DNA of 64,000 bases from Mobula hypostoma (lineage: Eukaryota). The position numbers and the translations under genes were made by a program. Location of the stretch: NCBI RefSeq assembly GCF_963921235.1, contig NC_086109.1, forward strand, positions 16,618,001-16,682,000, in the 5' to 3' direction. The notes under the pieces are model-generated. The model saw only the letters and a list, made by a program, of their open reading frames with translations. It was not told where the DNA came from and ran no database searches. Of the stretch, positions 1 through 10,700 are shown in pieces; positions within the stretch are counted from its first letter, which is position 1; every line of letters starts with the position of its first letter.

Positions 1-485
1 CTCCTATGTCTTAAGATCTCATGATCTTCAATCAGGTTACCTCTCACTCTTCTAAATTTCAGAAATTTCAAGAGACTGCAGATACTGAAGCAACTACAAG
101 CCTTGGAAACTCCTCCTATTTTATAAATCCTCTCAGATTTCCCTGAATTGTTTCCAAAATATCTCTATCTTTTTGCAAATAAGGAGTCTTATCCTGTACA
201 CAGTACTCCAGATCTGGTCTCGCTGGTAGCCGTTATAACTGCAGCATAATCTCCCTACTTCTATAGTCAGAGAGAAGTTAGGATAGGTACATAGATGAGA
301 GAGGTATAGAGGAACAGTTAGGCAAAAAATCAGGCTGGCAGAGGCTGGTTGGGACGAGAGGCTCGTTTTTGTGCTGCAGTGCTCTACGACTATGACTCTA
401 TACCCTTGCAGTAATCAATAACATTCAGTTTCCTGCTGTATGTACCGATTGAAAATCAAGTGTTAGGTCAGCCAGATGCCTGTGC
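1..485 (-). mobile_element. Old, degraded CR1 LINE RT fragment, interrupted by a + strand CR1 3' tail (~265-400)
   Basis: 'tgtacacagtactccagatctggtctcgc...ttataactgcagcataat' is the reverse complement of the CR1 'MLQLY..LVRPxLEYCVQ' region seen in better copies in this window. Confidence 0.5.
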
Positions 486-966
486 ATCACATACAGCAGC
501 ATTTCATACAAAATATTTCAACCAAGAAATATTATTAGAGCAAGATAAAAATAACTCCCTTGTTGGGCTTTTGCAGTGAACTCAAATTAAGAGTAGGAAA
601 GAATGAATTATTGAACCAAACATGGCACCATGAAATCAGACAATCACAGAATGGTTGAAGTGCAGAAGGAGCTCCCATTCAATCACTGCAAATGAACGAC
701 CTTGAATAAAATGGCTGGCAGTATATTCCAGACCCCTAACCACTCGCTGTATAAAAGGTCTTTCCTTATGTACCATCTAGTTATTTTTGTTCAATCAGCT
801 TTATTTTCTGTCCCCTGGATCATGTGGTAAAAGAAATTTCAAAACCGTGATTTTTGTTTTGAAGATTACATGTTTTGGGGATAGATTTAATGTACATATT
901 TCTTGTAACAGATGGAAAGCCTACTCTTGTTGCTACATTTCTGAATCTGATCTCCAGGCCATAATA

Positions 967-1608
967 CACTCAGCTTCCTAGATACCTCCAAATAAAGTGG
1001 CCACGGTGTGTATGTTCATGGTCTTCTGCCGCTGTAGCCTATCCACATTAAGATTCAACATGTTGTGCGTTCAGAGATCTGCTTCAGCACACCACTGTTG
1101 TAATGTGTGCTTATCTGAGTCACTGTCGCCTTCCCGTCAGCTTGAACCAGTCTGGCCATTCTCGTCTGACCTCTCTCATTAACAAGGCGCTTTGGCCGAC
1201 AGAGCTGCCGCTCACTGGAGGTTTTGTTTTGTTGTTGGCACCATTCTCTGTAAACCCTAGAGCAGGAGCCCCAAGCTGGGGTGCGTGGACCCCTTGCTTA
1301 ATGGTATTGGTCACTGAAATAAAAGTTGGAAACCCCTGGTCTAGAGACTAACGTGTGTGAAAGTCGCAGGAGTTCAGCAGTTTCCGAAGTGCTCAAACCA
1401 CCCCCTCTGGCACCAACAATCATTGCATAGTCACAGTCATTTAAATAACACTCTTCCCCATTCTGCTATTTGGTCTGAACAATAACTATACCTCTAAACC
1501 ATTTCTGCATATGTTTATGCGTTGAGTTCCTGCTACACGATTGGCTGATTAGATATTTGCATTAACGAGCAGGTCTACAGATGGACCTAATAAAATGGCC
1601 ACTGAGTG
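967..1608 (-). mobile_element. Non-autonomous Tc1-like DNA transposon (5' part of transposase, decayed)
   Basis: Left end TA-CACTCAG, right end 'acctaataaaatggccactgagtg'. Interior matches the copy at 25.2-26.4 kb and the N-terminal HTH region of fish Tc1 transposases on the minus strand. Confidence 0.75.
1263..1338. mobile_element. hAT-type MITE (76 bp) nested in the Tc1 element
   Basis: Ends CAGGAGCCCCAA...TTGGAAACCCCTG; 8-bp TSD ccctagag/gtctagag (2 mismatches); same family as 27536-27618. Confidence 0.75.
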
Positions 1609-1954
1609 TGTGTTAGGCACCTTTTCCCTGAAGTTGACCATCAAGTATTATCTAAGCAATTTTATAAGCAGGTTCATTCGTGTGATAGGCCAGTAACTGG
1701 CATAAAATATCCTACCCACAGTTTAGATTGAACAATGGAGAAGGCAGAAATAGAGCTAGTTTTGTCATCTCCAACAAAGTCCAACTGTTTATGAATCACT
1801 GCATTATCTCAGCAGACCATCTGCCTGCAGAACACTGAACTCTTTCACTGATGCTTTGGAGAGAGCAGTGATTGACCAGCTGTGTACCCCTTAGACCTCA
1901 GGTTTGTTTGGGGAAGGCAGATGGGGTTAAACATACTTACAATGACAAAGCCAT

Positions 1955-2130
1955 AAACAGAAGACAGTCTACAGATGCTTGAAATCCAGAGCAACATACA
2001 CAACGTGCTGGAGGAACCCGGCAGATCAGGCAGCATCTTGGGAAATAAATAAACAGTCGACGTTATGTGCCAAGACCCTTTTTCAGGACTGAAAAGGAAG
2101 AGGAAAGATGACAGAATAGAAAGGAATAAC
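1955..2130 (-). mobile_element. PLE terminal (pLTR) fragment with decayed hammerhead motif
   Basis: 'tctacagatgcttgaaatccagagcaacatacac...cagtcgacgttatgtgccaagacccttttcaggact' is homologous to the PLE ends at 6.7 and 25.3 kb. Confidence 0.7.
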
Positions 2131-2814
2131 AAAGAGTCCATTATTTAGGGTTACAGAATCATACAGCTCAGAAACAGGCCAATCGGCCCGTCACGTTAAT
2201 GCTTCCTATTGAGTACTCTTCAGTACTAATCCCATTTTCCAGCACTTAGCCTGTTGCTACCCTGAAAATCACAGATAATGTGCACACTAGCAGAGAATTG
2301 GAGTGTCTTGCTTTGTTAGGCCAACTCCAGTTCGTTGGTCATGTGGAACAGTGTAGCTTTGGATAATTAGTTGCATTATGCTACTTGGTTTGGAGCTTTG
2401 TTGAGATGTAAAGGCTTGATTTTTTTTCCTAACAATGCCAGTGAATCAGGTTAACATATTGCTTGATTATACTCCCACCCCTTGACCCCCAAGTCACCTG
2501 AGATCATTCTAAACACCCACCTTGCATGGAAAACTGAAGGCAGATAACAATTCAGAAGGGAGTAAATGTGTCAGGATGAATCTATCATGGTACAGACTTT
2601 TAGTGAGGTCACGGGGGCTGGGGAGGGGGGTGTCAGAGATATTCCTTCCAGTTCGCCTGCCTTTGGGGCCAGCCATTGGTTGAGCCCTGGTTCACAGTGG
2701 TGCAACCCACCAACAAGGCTGAAGGAAGAATTTGACCTAGTTGACCTGAAATGCTTCAGTTTGCAATCGTAGGTTCTTCTGCAACCGGGATTGTAGGAAT
2801 CTATATAAATCATA

Positions 2815-2951
2815 GAAGGAAATAAGTATTTGAATTTCTAAAGGCCCACATCATCCCATAATGCTTTACGTTAATCCTAGGCTTTTTCATCTGTAGCTGC
2901 TGTTAGAATGCAGCAAGTGCAACAGGCATTTATACACAGCAAGATTCCACA
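2815..2951 (-). mobile_element. Deu-domain SINE (SacSINE1/AmnSINE1-like) 3' relic
   Basis: 'catcccataatgctttac...ctgtagctgctgttagaatgcag...tacacagcaagattccaca' resembles the reverse complement of the Deu-SINE 3' half (from memory of the consensus). Confidence 0.5.
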
Positions 2952-3240
2952 GTGGAAGATTCCATCACTGAACTGTTCCTACAACCTATAGACTCACTTT
3001 CAAGGACTCTTCATCTCATGCTCTCGATATTTATTGCTTATTTATTTATTATTTTTTCTCTCTCTCTCTCTTTCATCTTTGCACATTGGTTGTTTGTCCG
3101 CCCTGTTGGGTGTGGTCTTTCATTGGTTTCAATATGGTTTTTGGATTTACTGAGTATCCCCCAAGAAAAAAAATGTCTCAGTGTTGTACATGGTGACATA
3201 TACAGTATGTACTTACATAATAAATTTATTTTGTACTTTG
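2952..3240 (+). mobile_element. Rex1/Babar-type LINE 3' UTR fragment
   Basis: Homologous to the tail attached to Rex-type coding sequence at 23555-24260 (opposite strand); ends 'aataaatttattttgtactttga'. Confidence 0.55.
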
Positions 3241-3427
3241 AATAAAGACAATATATTTGCATATTGTGATGATTTGTCTTATAGACAAAGACAAAATCAA
3301 AGTCAAATTTGAGTTTATTGTCATATACACAAGTATACGTATAGATAGGTACAATAAGGAACTTACTTGAAGTAGCATCACGTGCATAACATTCACAAGA
3401 CAAACATAAATTAAAAATAAATTAACA

Positions 3428-4997
3428 AGAAAAAGGAGAAGTATGTAAAGCTTCGGAAGTTTTGTTCAAACGGAGCACATGAGGGGTGTAAGGAAGCCAG
3501 AAAAGAACATAAGAAGGGAATTAGGAAGGGCAGGAGGGGCCATGAGAGGTCCTTGGCAAGTGGGATTGAGGTGAATCCCAAAGCATCTATACATACATCA
3601 AGAGCAAGAGGATAACTAGGGAAAGGGTAGCACCACTCAAGGATAAGGGTGGGGGGTGAACATTTGCTTGAAGATGGAGAATGTGAGTGATGTATAAATA
3701 TGTTAGAGTGTTTAGAGGTCAAGGAGGAGGAAGTGTTGGGCCTCCTAAAGAATATTAAGGTGGATAAGACCCCAGTGCCTGATGGGATTTACCAGAGGTT
3801 ATTGAAGGAGGCAAAAGATGAGATTGCTGGGACTTTGACCAGCATCTTCATGTTCTCTCTGGGCACAGGCGAGATCCCGGAGGACTGGTGAGTGGCTAAT
3901 GTTGTACTTCTATTTAAGAAGGGAACAAGAGAAAATCCCAGAATCTATAGGCCGGTGGGTCTCACATTAGTTGTTGGGCAATTACTGGAGAAAATTCTTA
4001 GAGATAGTATATATGAACATTTGGAAACCCATGGTCCATTGAGGGACAGCGAGCATGGCTCATGCGGGGCAGGTTGTGTCTAACCAACTTGAATGAATTT
4101 TTTGACAAGGTGATGAGAGAGATTGATGAGGGTAGAGCAATGGATGTTGTCTGCGTGGATTTTATTAAGGTGTTTGACAAAGTCCTTCATGGGAGGCTAA
4201 TCCAGAAGGATAAGATGCATGGGATCTGCAGCAAGTTGTTTGGATTCAGAACTGGCTAGGGCATAGAAGACAGAGGGTGATGGTTAAAGGACCTTACTGG
4301 AGCTGGAGGTCTGTAATTAGTGGTGTTCCACAGGGATCTGTGCTGGGACCTCTACTGTTTAGTGATGTATGTAAATGACCCGGATGAAAATGCAGTTGGG
4401 TGGGTTGGTAAGTTTGAAGATGATACTAAGATTGGTGGAATTATGGATAGTGTAGAAGATTGGCAAAGAATTGCAGATATGGGCAGAGAAATGGCAGATG
4501 GTGTTTAACCCAGATAAATGTGGAGTGTTGCACCTTGGCAGGGCAAATGTAAGAAGACAGTACACTATTAAGGGCAAGATCCTTAACAGTGTTATTGAGC
4601 AGAGAGATCTTGGGATCCAAATTCATAGCTCCTTGAAAGTGGCTACACAGGTCGATAGGGTGGTTAAGAAGGCTTATGGAATGCTTACTTTTATTAGTTG
4701 AGTTCAAAAGTCAAGAGATTATGTTGCAAGTTTATAAAACTCCAGTTAGGCCACATCTGGAGTATTACACACAGTTCTGGTCACCCCACTACAGGAAGGA
4801 TGTTGAGGCTCTGGAGATAGAGCAGAAGAGGTTCACCAGGATGCTGCCAGGTTTAGAGGGTCTAGATAAACTTGTTTTTTTTATTCTAGAGTAGCAGGGA
4901 CTGACGGGAGATCTGATAGAGGTTTATAAGACTATGAGAGGCATAGATAGAGTAGACAGGTAGTGTCTGTCTCCCAGGGTTGAAATGTCTAATACCA
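3428..4997 (+). mobile_element. CR1 LINE ORF2 (tether + reverse transcriptase), frameshifted
   Basis: Successive ORF pieces: KVDKTPVPDGIYQRLLKE, ANVVLLFKKG..NPRIYRPVGLT, CLTNLNEFFDKV...DFIKVFDKV, YVND..KFEDDTKIGG, WAEKWQMVFNPDKC, VRPHLEYYTQFWSPHYRKD. Confidence 0.92.
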
Positions 4998-5290
4998 TTG
5001 GCTTCTCTACCTCCTGTCCAATGGTAGCTGTGAAAAGATGGCATGGTCTGGATGTTGGGAATCTTCGATAATAGATTCTGTCTTCTATAGATCCTATCGA
5101 TAGTGGGGAGGGATGTACCCATGATGCATTGATCAGAGACCATTAAAGTCTGCAGCTTCCCACGTTCCTGCACATTCAAATCGCCAACCAGACCATGTGG
5201 AACCAGCCAGGGTACTTTCAACAATACATCTGTAGAAGTTTGTTAGAGTGAAACCTCTAACTGTGAGGCTTCGCTCAATTCTAGACAAAA
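4998..5290 (-). mobile_element. Rex1/Babar LINE 3' coding fragment
   Basis: Minus-strand 'TLTNFYRCIVESTLAGSTWSG' matches the Rex ORF at 17209-17523 (TLKNFCSCTMESILTGCITVWYG). Confidence 0.65.
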
Positions 5291-5354
5291 CCCTACAACC
5301 AGGGATTGCATGCTCCATAGTGGGTCTTGAACTCGAGATCACCGGTAACGAGGT

Positions 5355-5458
5355 GAAGCAATACACACAGTGTGCTGGAGAAGCCCAGCGGAACAGGCAG
5401 CATCTATGGATGGGAATAAACAGTTGACATTTTCGGGCCAAGACCCTTCATCAGGATG
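5355..5458 (-). mobile_element. PLE terminal fragment with hammerhead-like motif
   Basis: 'ggcagcatctatggatgggaataaacagttgacattttcgggccaagacccttcatcagga'. Confidence 0.7.
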
Positions 5459-6777
5459 TGTATGGAAACGAAGTGGAATGCGACTCACAGCTGAAATTAA
5501 ACGAGAAAGTAAGTAATTATATACAGGACAACGGAAAAAAGTAAGTGCATAATTAGCCACAAGATTTCAGTAATAGAAGAGCAGGGCTCAGCCAGGCCAC
5601 AAACATGCTTGTTCACGTGTGTGCATAGATGTGATTGTAAGAGAGTACAGCACTAGAGGGAGCCATGATACAACATTTAGTGACTGAGTACATTACACAA
5701 GGCATCAGAATCTCATTTGGACCATTGTTTTTTTTAATGCAGAATATGTAAACAAGACGAGCATCTACCCTTGCTCAACTGAGTTATATACGAATAACCT
5801 CAATAGCCTAATGTGAGACAAATGACTCTCATATTATTTCATCTTGTCATGCCTTGCTTCACCATCTTGTCCTAGATTGGTTTCCTTCCCTCCTGCTTTC
5901 CACTGGGCTTTAAGTCCAAGAGTACAGATGGCCTCCACTTGAGCATGGCTCTGAAGAATAAGTGATTTAACCATATAACCATATAACAATTACAGCACGG
6001 AAACAGGCCATCTCGGCCCTTCTAGTCTGTGCTGAACTCTTACTCTCAGCTAGTCCCACCGACCTGCACTCAGCCCATAACCCTCCATTCCTTTCCTGTC
6101 CATATATCTATCCAATTTAACTTTAAACGACAACATCGAACCTGCCTCAACCACTTCTGCTGGAAGCTCGTTCCACACAGCTACCACTCTCTGAGTAAAG
6201 AAGTTCCCCCTCATGTTACCCCTAAACTTTTGCCCTTTAACTCTCAATTCATGTTCTCTTGTTTGAATCTCCCCCTTTCTCAATGGGAAAAGTCTATCCA
6301 CGTCAACTCTATCTATCCCCCTCATAATTTTAAGTACCTCTATCAAGTCCCCCCTCAACCTTCTACGCTCCAAAGAATAAAGACCCAACTTGTTCAACCT
6401 TTCTCTGTAACTTAGGAGATGAAACCCAGATAACATTTTAGTAAACCTCCTCTGTACTCTCTCAATTTTATTGACATCTTTCCTATAATTTGGTGACCAG
6501 AACTGTACACAATGCTCCAAATTTGGCCTTACCAATGCCTTATACAATTTCAACATTACATCCCAACTCCTATACTAAATGCTCTGATTTAAAAGGCCAG
6601 CATACCAAAAGCTTTCTTCACCACCCTATCCACATAAGATTCCACCTTTGGGGAACTATGCACCATTGTTCCTAAACGTAAACATGAGGAATTCTGCAGA
6701 TGCTGGAAATTCAAGCAACACACATCAAAGTTGTTGGTGAATGCAGCAGGCCAGGCAGCATCTCTAGGAAGAGGTAC

Positions 6778-6813
6778 AGTCGACGTTTCAGGCCGAGACC
6801 CTTCGTCAGGACT
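6778..6813 (-). ncRNA. Minimal type I hammerhead ribozyme motif (PLE-associated)
   Basis: Minus strand reads AGUC-CUGACGA-A-GGGUCUCGGCCU-GAAAC-GUC-GACU: intact core boxes, stem I AGUC/GACU. Confidence 0.72.
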
Positions 6814-7132
6814 AACTGAAGGAAGAGCCAGTAAGAGATTTGAAAGTGGGAGAGGGAGGGGGAGATCCGAAATGATAGGAGAAGACAGGAGGGGGAAGGA
6901 TGGAGCCAAGAGCTGGACAGGTGATTGGCAAAAGGGATACGAGAGGTCATGGGACAGGAGGCCCAGGGAGAAGGAAAAGGGGGGCGGGGGGAAACCCAGA
7001 GGATGGGCAAAGGGTATAGTCAGAGGGACAGAGGGAGAAAAAGGAGAGAGAGAGAAAGAATGTGTGTATATAAATAAATAACGGATGGGGTACGAGGGGA
7101 GGTGGGGTACAGTAGAGGAGGCTATGGATATA

Positions 7133-7369
7133 CGCAGACTGGGAGATCGTTTTGCTGAACATCTACACTCCGTCCACCAGAGAAAGGAGGATCTCCCAGT
7201 GGCCACACATTTTAATTCCACATCACATTCCCGTTCTGATATGTCTATCCACGGCCTCCTCTACTGTAAAGATGAAGCCACACTCAGGTTGGAGGAACAA
7301 CACCTTATATTCCGTCTGGGTAGCCTCCAACCTGATGGCATGAACATTGACTTCTCTAACTTCCGCTAA
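7133..7369 (+). pseudogene. PLE GIY-YIG endonuclease C-terminal fragment
   Basis: RRLGDRFAEHL...PVATHFN...LRLEEQHLIFRLGSLQPDGMNIDFSNFR*, a typical vertebrate PLE endonuclease C-terminus. Confidence 0.85.
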
Positions 7370-7666
7370 TGCCCCACCTCCCCCTCGTACCCCATCTGTT
7401 ATTTATATACACACATTCTTTCTCTCTCTCTCCTTTTTCTCCCTCTGTCCCTCTGACTATACCCCTTGCCCGTCCTCTGGGTTTTTCCCCCAACTCCCCC
7501 TTTTCCTTCTCCCTGGGCCTCCTGTCCCATGATCCTCTCATATCCCTTTTGCCAATCACCTGTCCAGCTCTTTGCTCCATCCCTCCCCCTCCTGTCTTCT
7601 TCTATCATTTCAGATCTCCCCCTCCCCCTCCCACTTTCAAATCTCTTACTAACTCTTCCTTCAGTT

Positions 7667-7702
7667 AGTCCTGACGAAGGGTCTCGGCCCGAAACGTCGA
7701 CT
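7667..7702 (+). ncRNA. Minimal type I hammerhead ribozyme motif, fully canonical
   Basis: AGUC-CUGACGA-A-GGGUCUCGGCCC-GAAAC-GUC^GACU; predicted cleavage after C7698; stem III reduced to palindromic ACGU. Confidence 0.8.
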
Positions 7703-7849
7703 GTACCTCTTCCTAGAGATGCTGCCTGGCCTGCTGCATTCACCAGCAACTTTGATGTGTGTTGCACCATTATTCCTAGATCCCTCTGTTCTGCAGCATT
7801 CTTCAAAGCCTTACCATTTACCATGTATTTTTCTTTGAGAGATTGAATG

Positions 7850-8425
7850 CATAGAGACAGAACTCTATTAATGGCAAGTCTTTATATTGTTGATGCACGG
7901 AGGGATCTTGGAGCCTGAGATCATAGCTCCCTGCAAACAGCAACACAGGTTGACAAGGTGGTAAAGAATGTGTATGGCATACTGCTTTTATTAGTCTGGG
8001 AAGTGAGCTCAAAAGTCAAAAGGTAGTTAAACTGCATCTGCGGTATTGGATTTAGTTCTGGTTGCCCCATTACAAGAAGGATGTGGAGGCTTTGGAGATG
8101 TTGCAGAAGAGGTTTACGGGTATGTTGCCTGGATTAGAGGCCACTTGCTTTAAGAAAAAGTTGGACAAACTTGGGTCATTTTCTCTGGAGCATCGCAGGC
8201 TGAGTGAAGACCTGACAGAGGTTTATAAGGTTATGAAAAGCATAGATAGAACAGACAGTCGATATCCTTATCCCAGGGTTGAAATGCCTAATATTAGAAA
8301 TGTAAATTCTATGACTCTCTTGTCAAGAGAAATTTGCATAGGTAAATGGATGGGAGCGGTATGGTCCAATGCAAGGAACTAGACAGAATAGTTCAGCACA
8401 GAATAGATGGGCTGAAGGGCCCGTG
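7850..8425 (+). mobile_element. CR1 LINE 3' fragment
   Basis: ORF 8062: PHYKKDVEALEMLQKRFTGMLPGLE...DLTEVYKVMK; tail 'gggctgaagggccc'. Confidence 0.85.
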
Positions 8426-8529
8426 CCCTTGCAGGCCCTTCATTATTGTTCTCCTTGGCTCAGTGTTATAAACATTTCCTCCATCAATCGCTTGGTTAAC
8501 TGATTGATTTTAGGTTCCACTCCACGACC

Positions 8530-8695
8530 TGGCCATCAAAGCTAGGGTAGACGTGGTGTAACACTGAGGTCCCACTACACAGAAAGATTTCACGGCACTC
8601 TTTGAAGATGGAAATAGTTATTCCGAGTGACCTGTCCAAATAGTTAACCACCAACCACCAAGTATTCATTGGGCTCATTGCTGTTGGAGAGTGCT
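8530..8695 (+). mobile_element. Deu-domain SINE relic (central domain)
   Basis: 'aaagatttcacggcactctttgaagatgg...gacctgtccaaatagttaacc...ctcattgctgttgga' resembles the Deu core; heavily diverged. Confidence 0.45.
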
Positions 8696-9109
8696 GTCTT
8701 TCTCTTCATAAAACATTGCTTTAGTTTCAACATCCTACAGAACATGCAGAAGTCTTGCTTACAAAAGAAACATAAGTCAGTCTTTAAAAGGAAGTGCACA
8801 CTTGTGCATTCAATCTATTTCAAGTGGCTCAGACAAAAGGCCTACAGAGATGTCAATTCTGGAACAAATACTTCTGTGTGATTTCATCAAGAGGGCTGAG
8901 AAAATCCATACTGTTTGTATAGAGAGTTTCCCATCTCAGTATGTGATAAATGACCAGTGTTACTGTACATCAGAAGGAAATATCTACTTAACACCCTCAA
9001 GTCATCAGAGTTAACTTCCTATGCACTTGCCACATATCATTTCATTAACAGCTATCCAAGATTTAGAAAGAATGGCTGATTTATCATGACTTGCCATTTC
9101 CAGAAGAGT

Positions 9110-9432
9110 CCTAGACTACAACAACACAGAAACAGGCCTTTCAGCCCATCTAGTCCCTGCCAAAATATTAATCTGCCTGGTCCCATTGACTTGTAACCAG
9201 GTCATAGCCTTCCACACTCCTCGCATCCATGTACTTGTCCAAATTTCTCTTAAGTGTTGAAATTGAAGCTGCACTTAATCACTTCTGCAGGCAGTTAATT
9301 CCACAACCTCACCACCCTCTGAGTGAAGAAGTTCCCCGCATGTTCCCCTTAAACGTTTCACATTTCACCCTTAACCCATGAGCTCTAGTTCTAGTCGCGC
9401 CCAACCTCAATGGAAAAAGGTCGCTTGCATTA
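9110..9432 (-). mobile_element. CR1 3' end fragment
   Basis: Homologous to the 28020-28340 CR1 end (gaagttcccc...cccttaacccatg). Confidence 0.8.
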
Positions 9433-9665
9433 ATTTCAAATTTCTACTACCTTCTGTATGCAAGGGATTTTCCTGACGTCGCTCCTGAAAGGGTGAGATC
9501 TATGTTTTTGAAACAGCCTCTTTCTCAGGGCTACCAAAACCTGTGAGAATAGTCTCTCCCGCTGTCGTCTTGATATCTCAGTAATTTTGCTCAAGTTGCC
9601 CCTTAACGTCCTAAATTCTCAGCTGTTTCTCTGGTATGTATTTATTTAGCAGCTTTTTGTATATA

Positions 9666-9920
9666 CGTAGTGGTTAGTACAACACTAGTATTGCTTGGGG
9701 CGTCAAAGTTCAACTCCGGTGTACGCTGTAAGAAAGGTTATACATCTTCCCTTGTGCTTGTGGGTTTCCTCTGGGTAGTCTGGTTTCCCTCACAGTCTAA
9801 AGACGTACTGACTAATAGGTTAATTGCTGATTGTAAATTGTCCCATGGTTAGACCAGGGTTAAATAGGTGGAATGCTGGGCAGTGCGGCTCATTAGGCAG
9901 GAAGGGGCTGTTCCACACTG
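9666..9920 (+). mobile_element. HE1-type V-SINE with CR1-derived tail
   Basis: tRNA-like head 'cgtagtggttagtac', V domain 'gtgggtttcctctgggtagtctggtttccctcacagtctaaagacgtac', tail 'gaaggggctgttccacactgt'. Confidence 0.8.
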
Positions 9921-9929
9921 TGAGATTGA

Positions 9930-10205
9930 AGTTCAATTCCCACCACTGTCAGTAAGTAGCTCGTACGCTGTCCGCATGACCAAGTGAGTTTTCCCCGGTT
10001 TCTCCACTTCCCTCACACATTCCAAAGACGTACCATTAGGGTTCGTGAGTTGTGGGAATGCAATATTAACACTGGAAGCGTGATGCCATTTGCAGACTGC
10101 CGAGCACAATCCGCGCTGACTTGATTTGACGCAAACAACACATTTCATTGCATGTTTTGATGTATTGATGAACGTGACAAATAAAGCTAATCTTTATCTT
10201 TTTTA
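9930..10205 (+). mobile_element. V-SINE variant with a different (Rex-like) tail
   Basis: B-box 'gttcaattccc', V domain, tail ending 'gtgacaaataaagctaatctt'. Confidence 0.7.
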
Positions 10206-10337
10206 ATCTTTCTTTGCTCCTTGTAATTCGTTTAGTCAATCTGTAATGAAAGATTCTAATACCCACTAGTCTCTTAATATATTCTCCCACTGGTTTTGTT
10301 TGTAATCACTAAAGTTATTCCATCTGTTCAACCTTCA

Positions 10338-10620
10338 CAGAAACCCTACAGCACAATACAGGCCCTTCGGCCCACAATGCTGTGCTGAACATGTACTTAC
10401 TTTAGAAATTGCCTAACGTTACCCATAGCCCTCTATTTTTCTGAGCTCCATGTACCTATCCAGGAGCCTCTTAAAAAACCCTATCATATACACCTCCACC
10501 ACCATCACCGGCAGCCCATTACACGCAGTCACCACTCTCTGCGTAAAAAACTTACCCCTGACATCTCCTCTGTACCTACTCCCCAGCACCTTAAAACTGT
10601 GCCCTCTCGTGCCGGCCATA
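10338..10620 (-). mobile_element. CR1 3' end fragment
   Basis: Minus-strand TRGHSFKVLGSRYRGDVRGKFFTQRVVTACNGLP. Confidence 0.85.
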
Positions 10621-10628
10621 ATCTGGAT

Positions 10629-10700
10629 CGGGGGTGCCAACCTGGGGACCATGATCTCTTGCTTAAAGGTTGGGAAGTTTGGGAAGGTTGGGAAGCCCTC
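10629..10700. mobile_element. Degraded copy of the hAT-type MITE
   Basis: 'cgggggtgccaacctgggg...aggttgggaagccctc' with flanks atctggat/ttctagat. Confidence 0.5.

Larger units (their letters stand above)
6675..7762. mobile_element. Penelope-like element with inverted (fold-back) structure
   Basis: Arms 6715-7107 and 7372-7765 are near reverse complements; centre encodes a GIY-YIG C-terminus; flanked by a 16-bp TSD tgcaccattgttccta/tgcaccattattccta. Confidence 0.88.
5968..7823 (-). mobile_element. Young 5'-truncated CR1 LINE with intact C-terminal ORF (6050-6556) and (ATATGGTT)n tail; split by a PLE insertion
   Basis: ORF MLKLYKALVRPNLEHCVQFWSPNYRKD...GNFFTQRVVAVWNELP; CR1 sequence resumes at 7763-7823 (MVNGKALKNAAEQRDLGIMV). 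Confidence 0.93.

Noticed and set aside
6589..7221. 210-aa minus-strand ORF and the overlapping ORFs at 6.7-7.8 kb and 25.3-25.7 kb
   Set aside because: Chance read-through of low-complexity PLE UTR joined to CR1; the sequence recurs in repeat copies.
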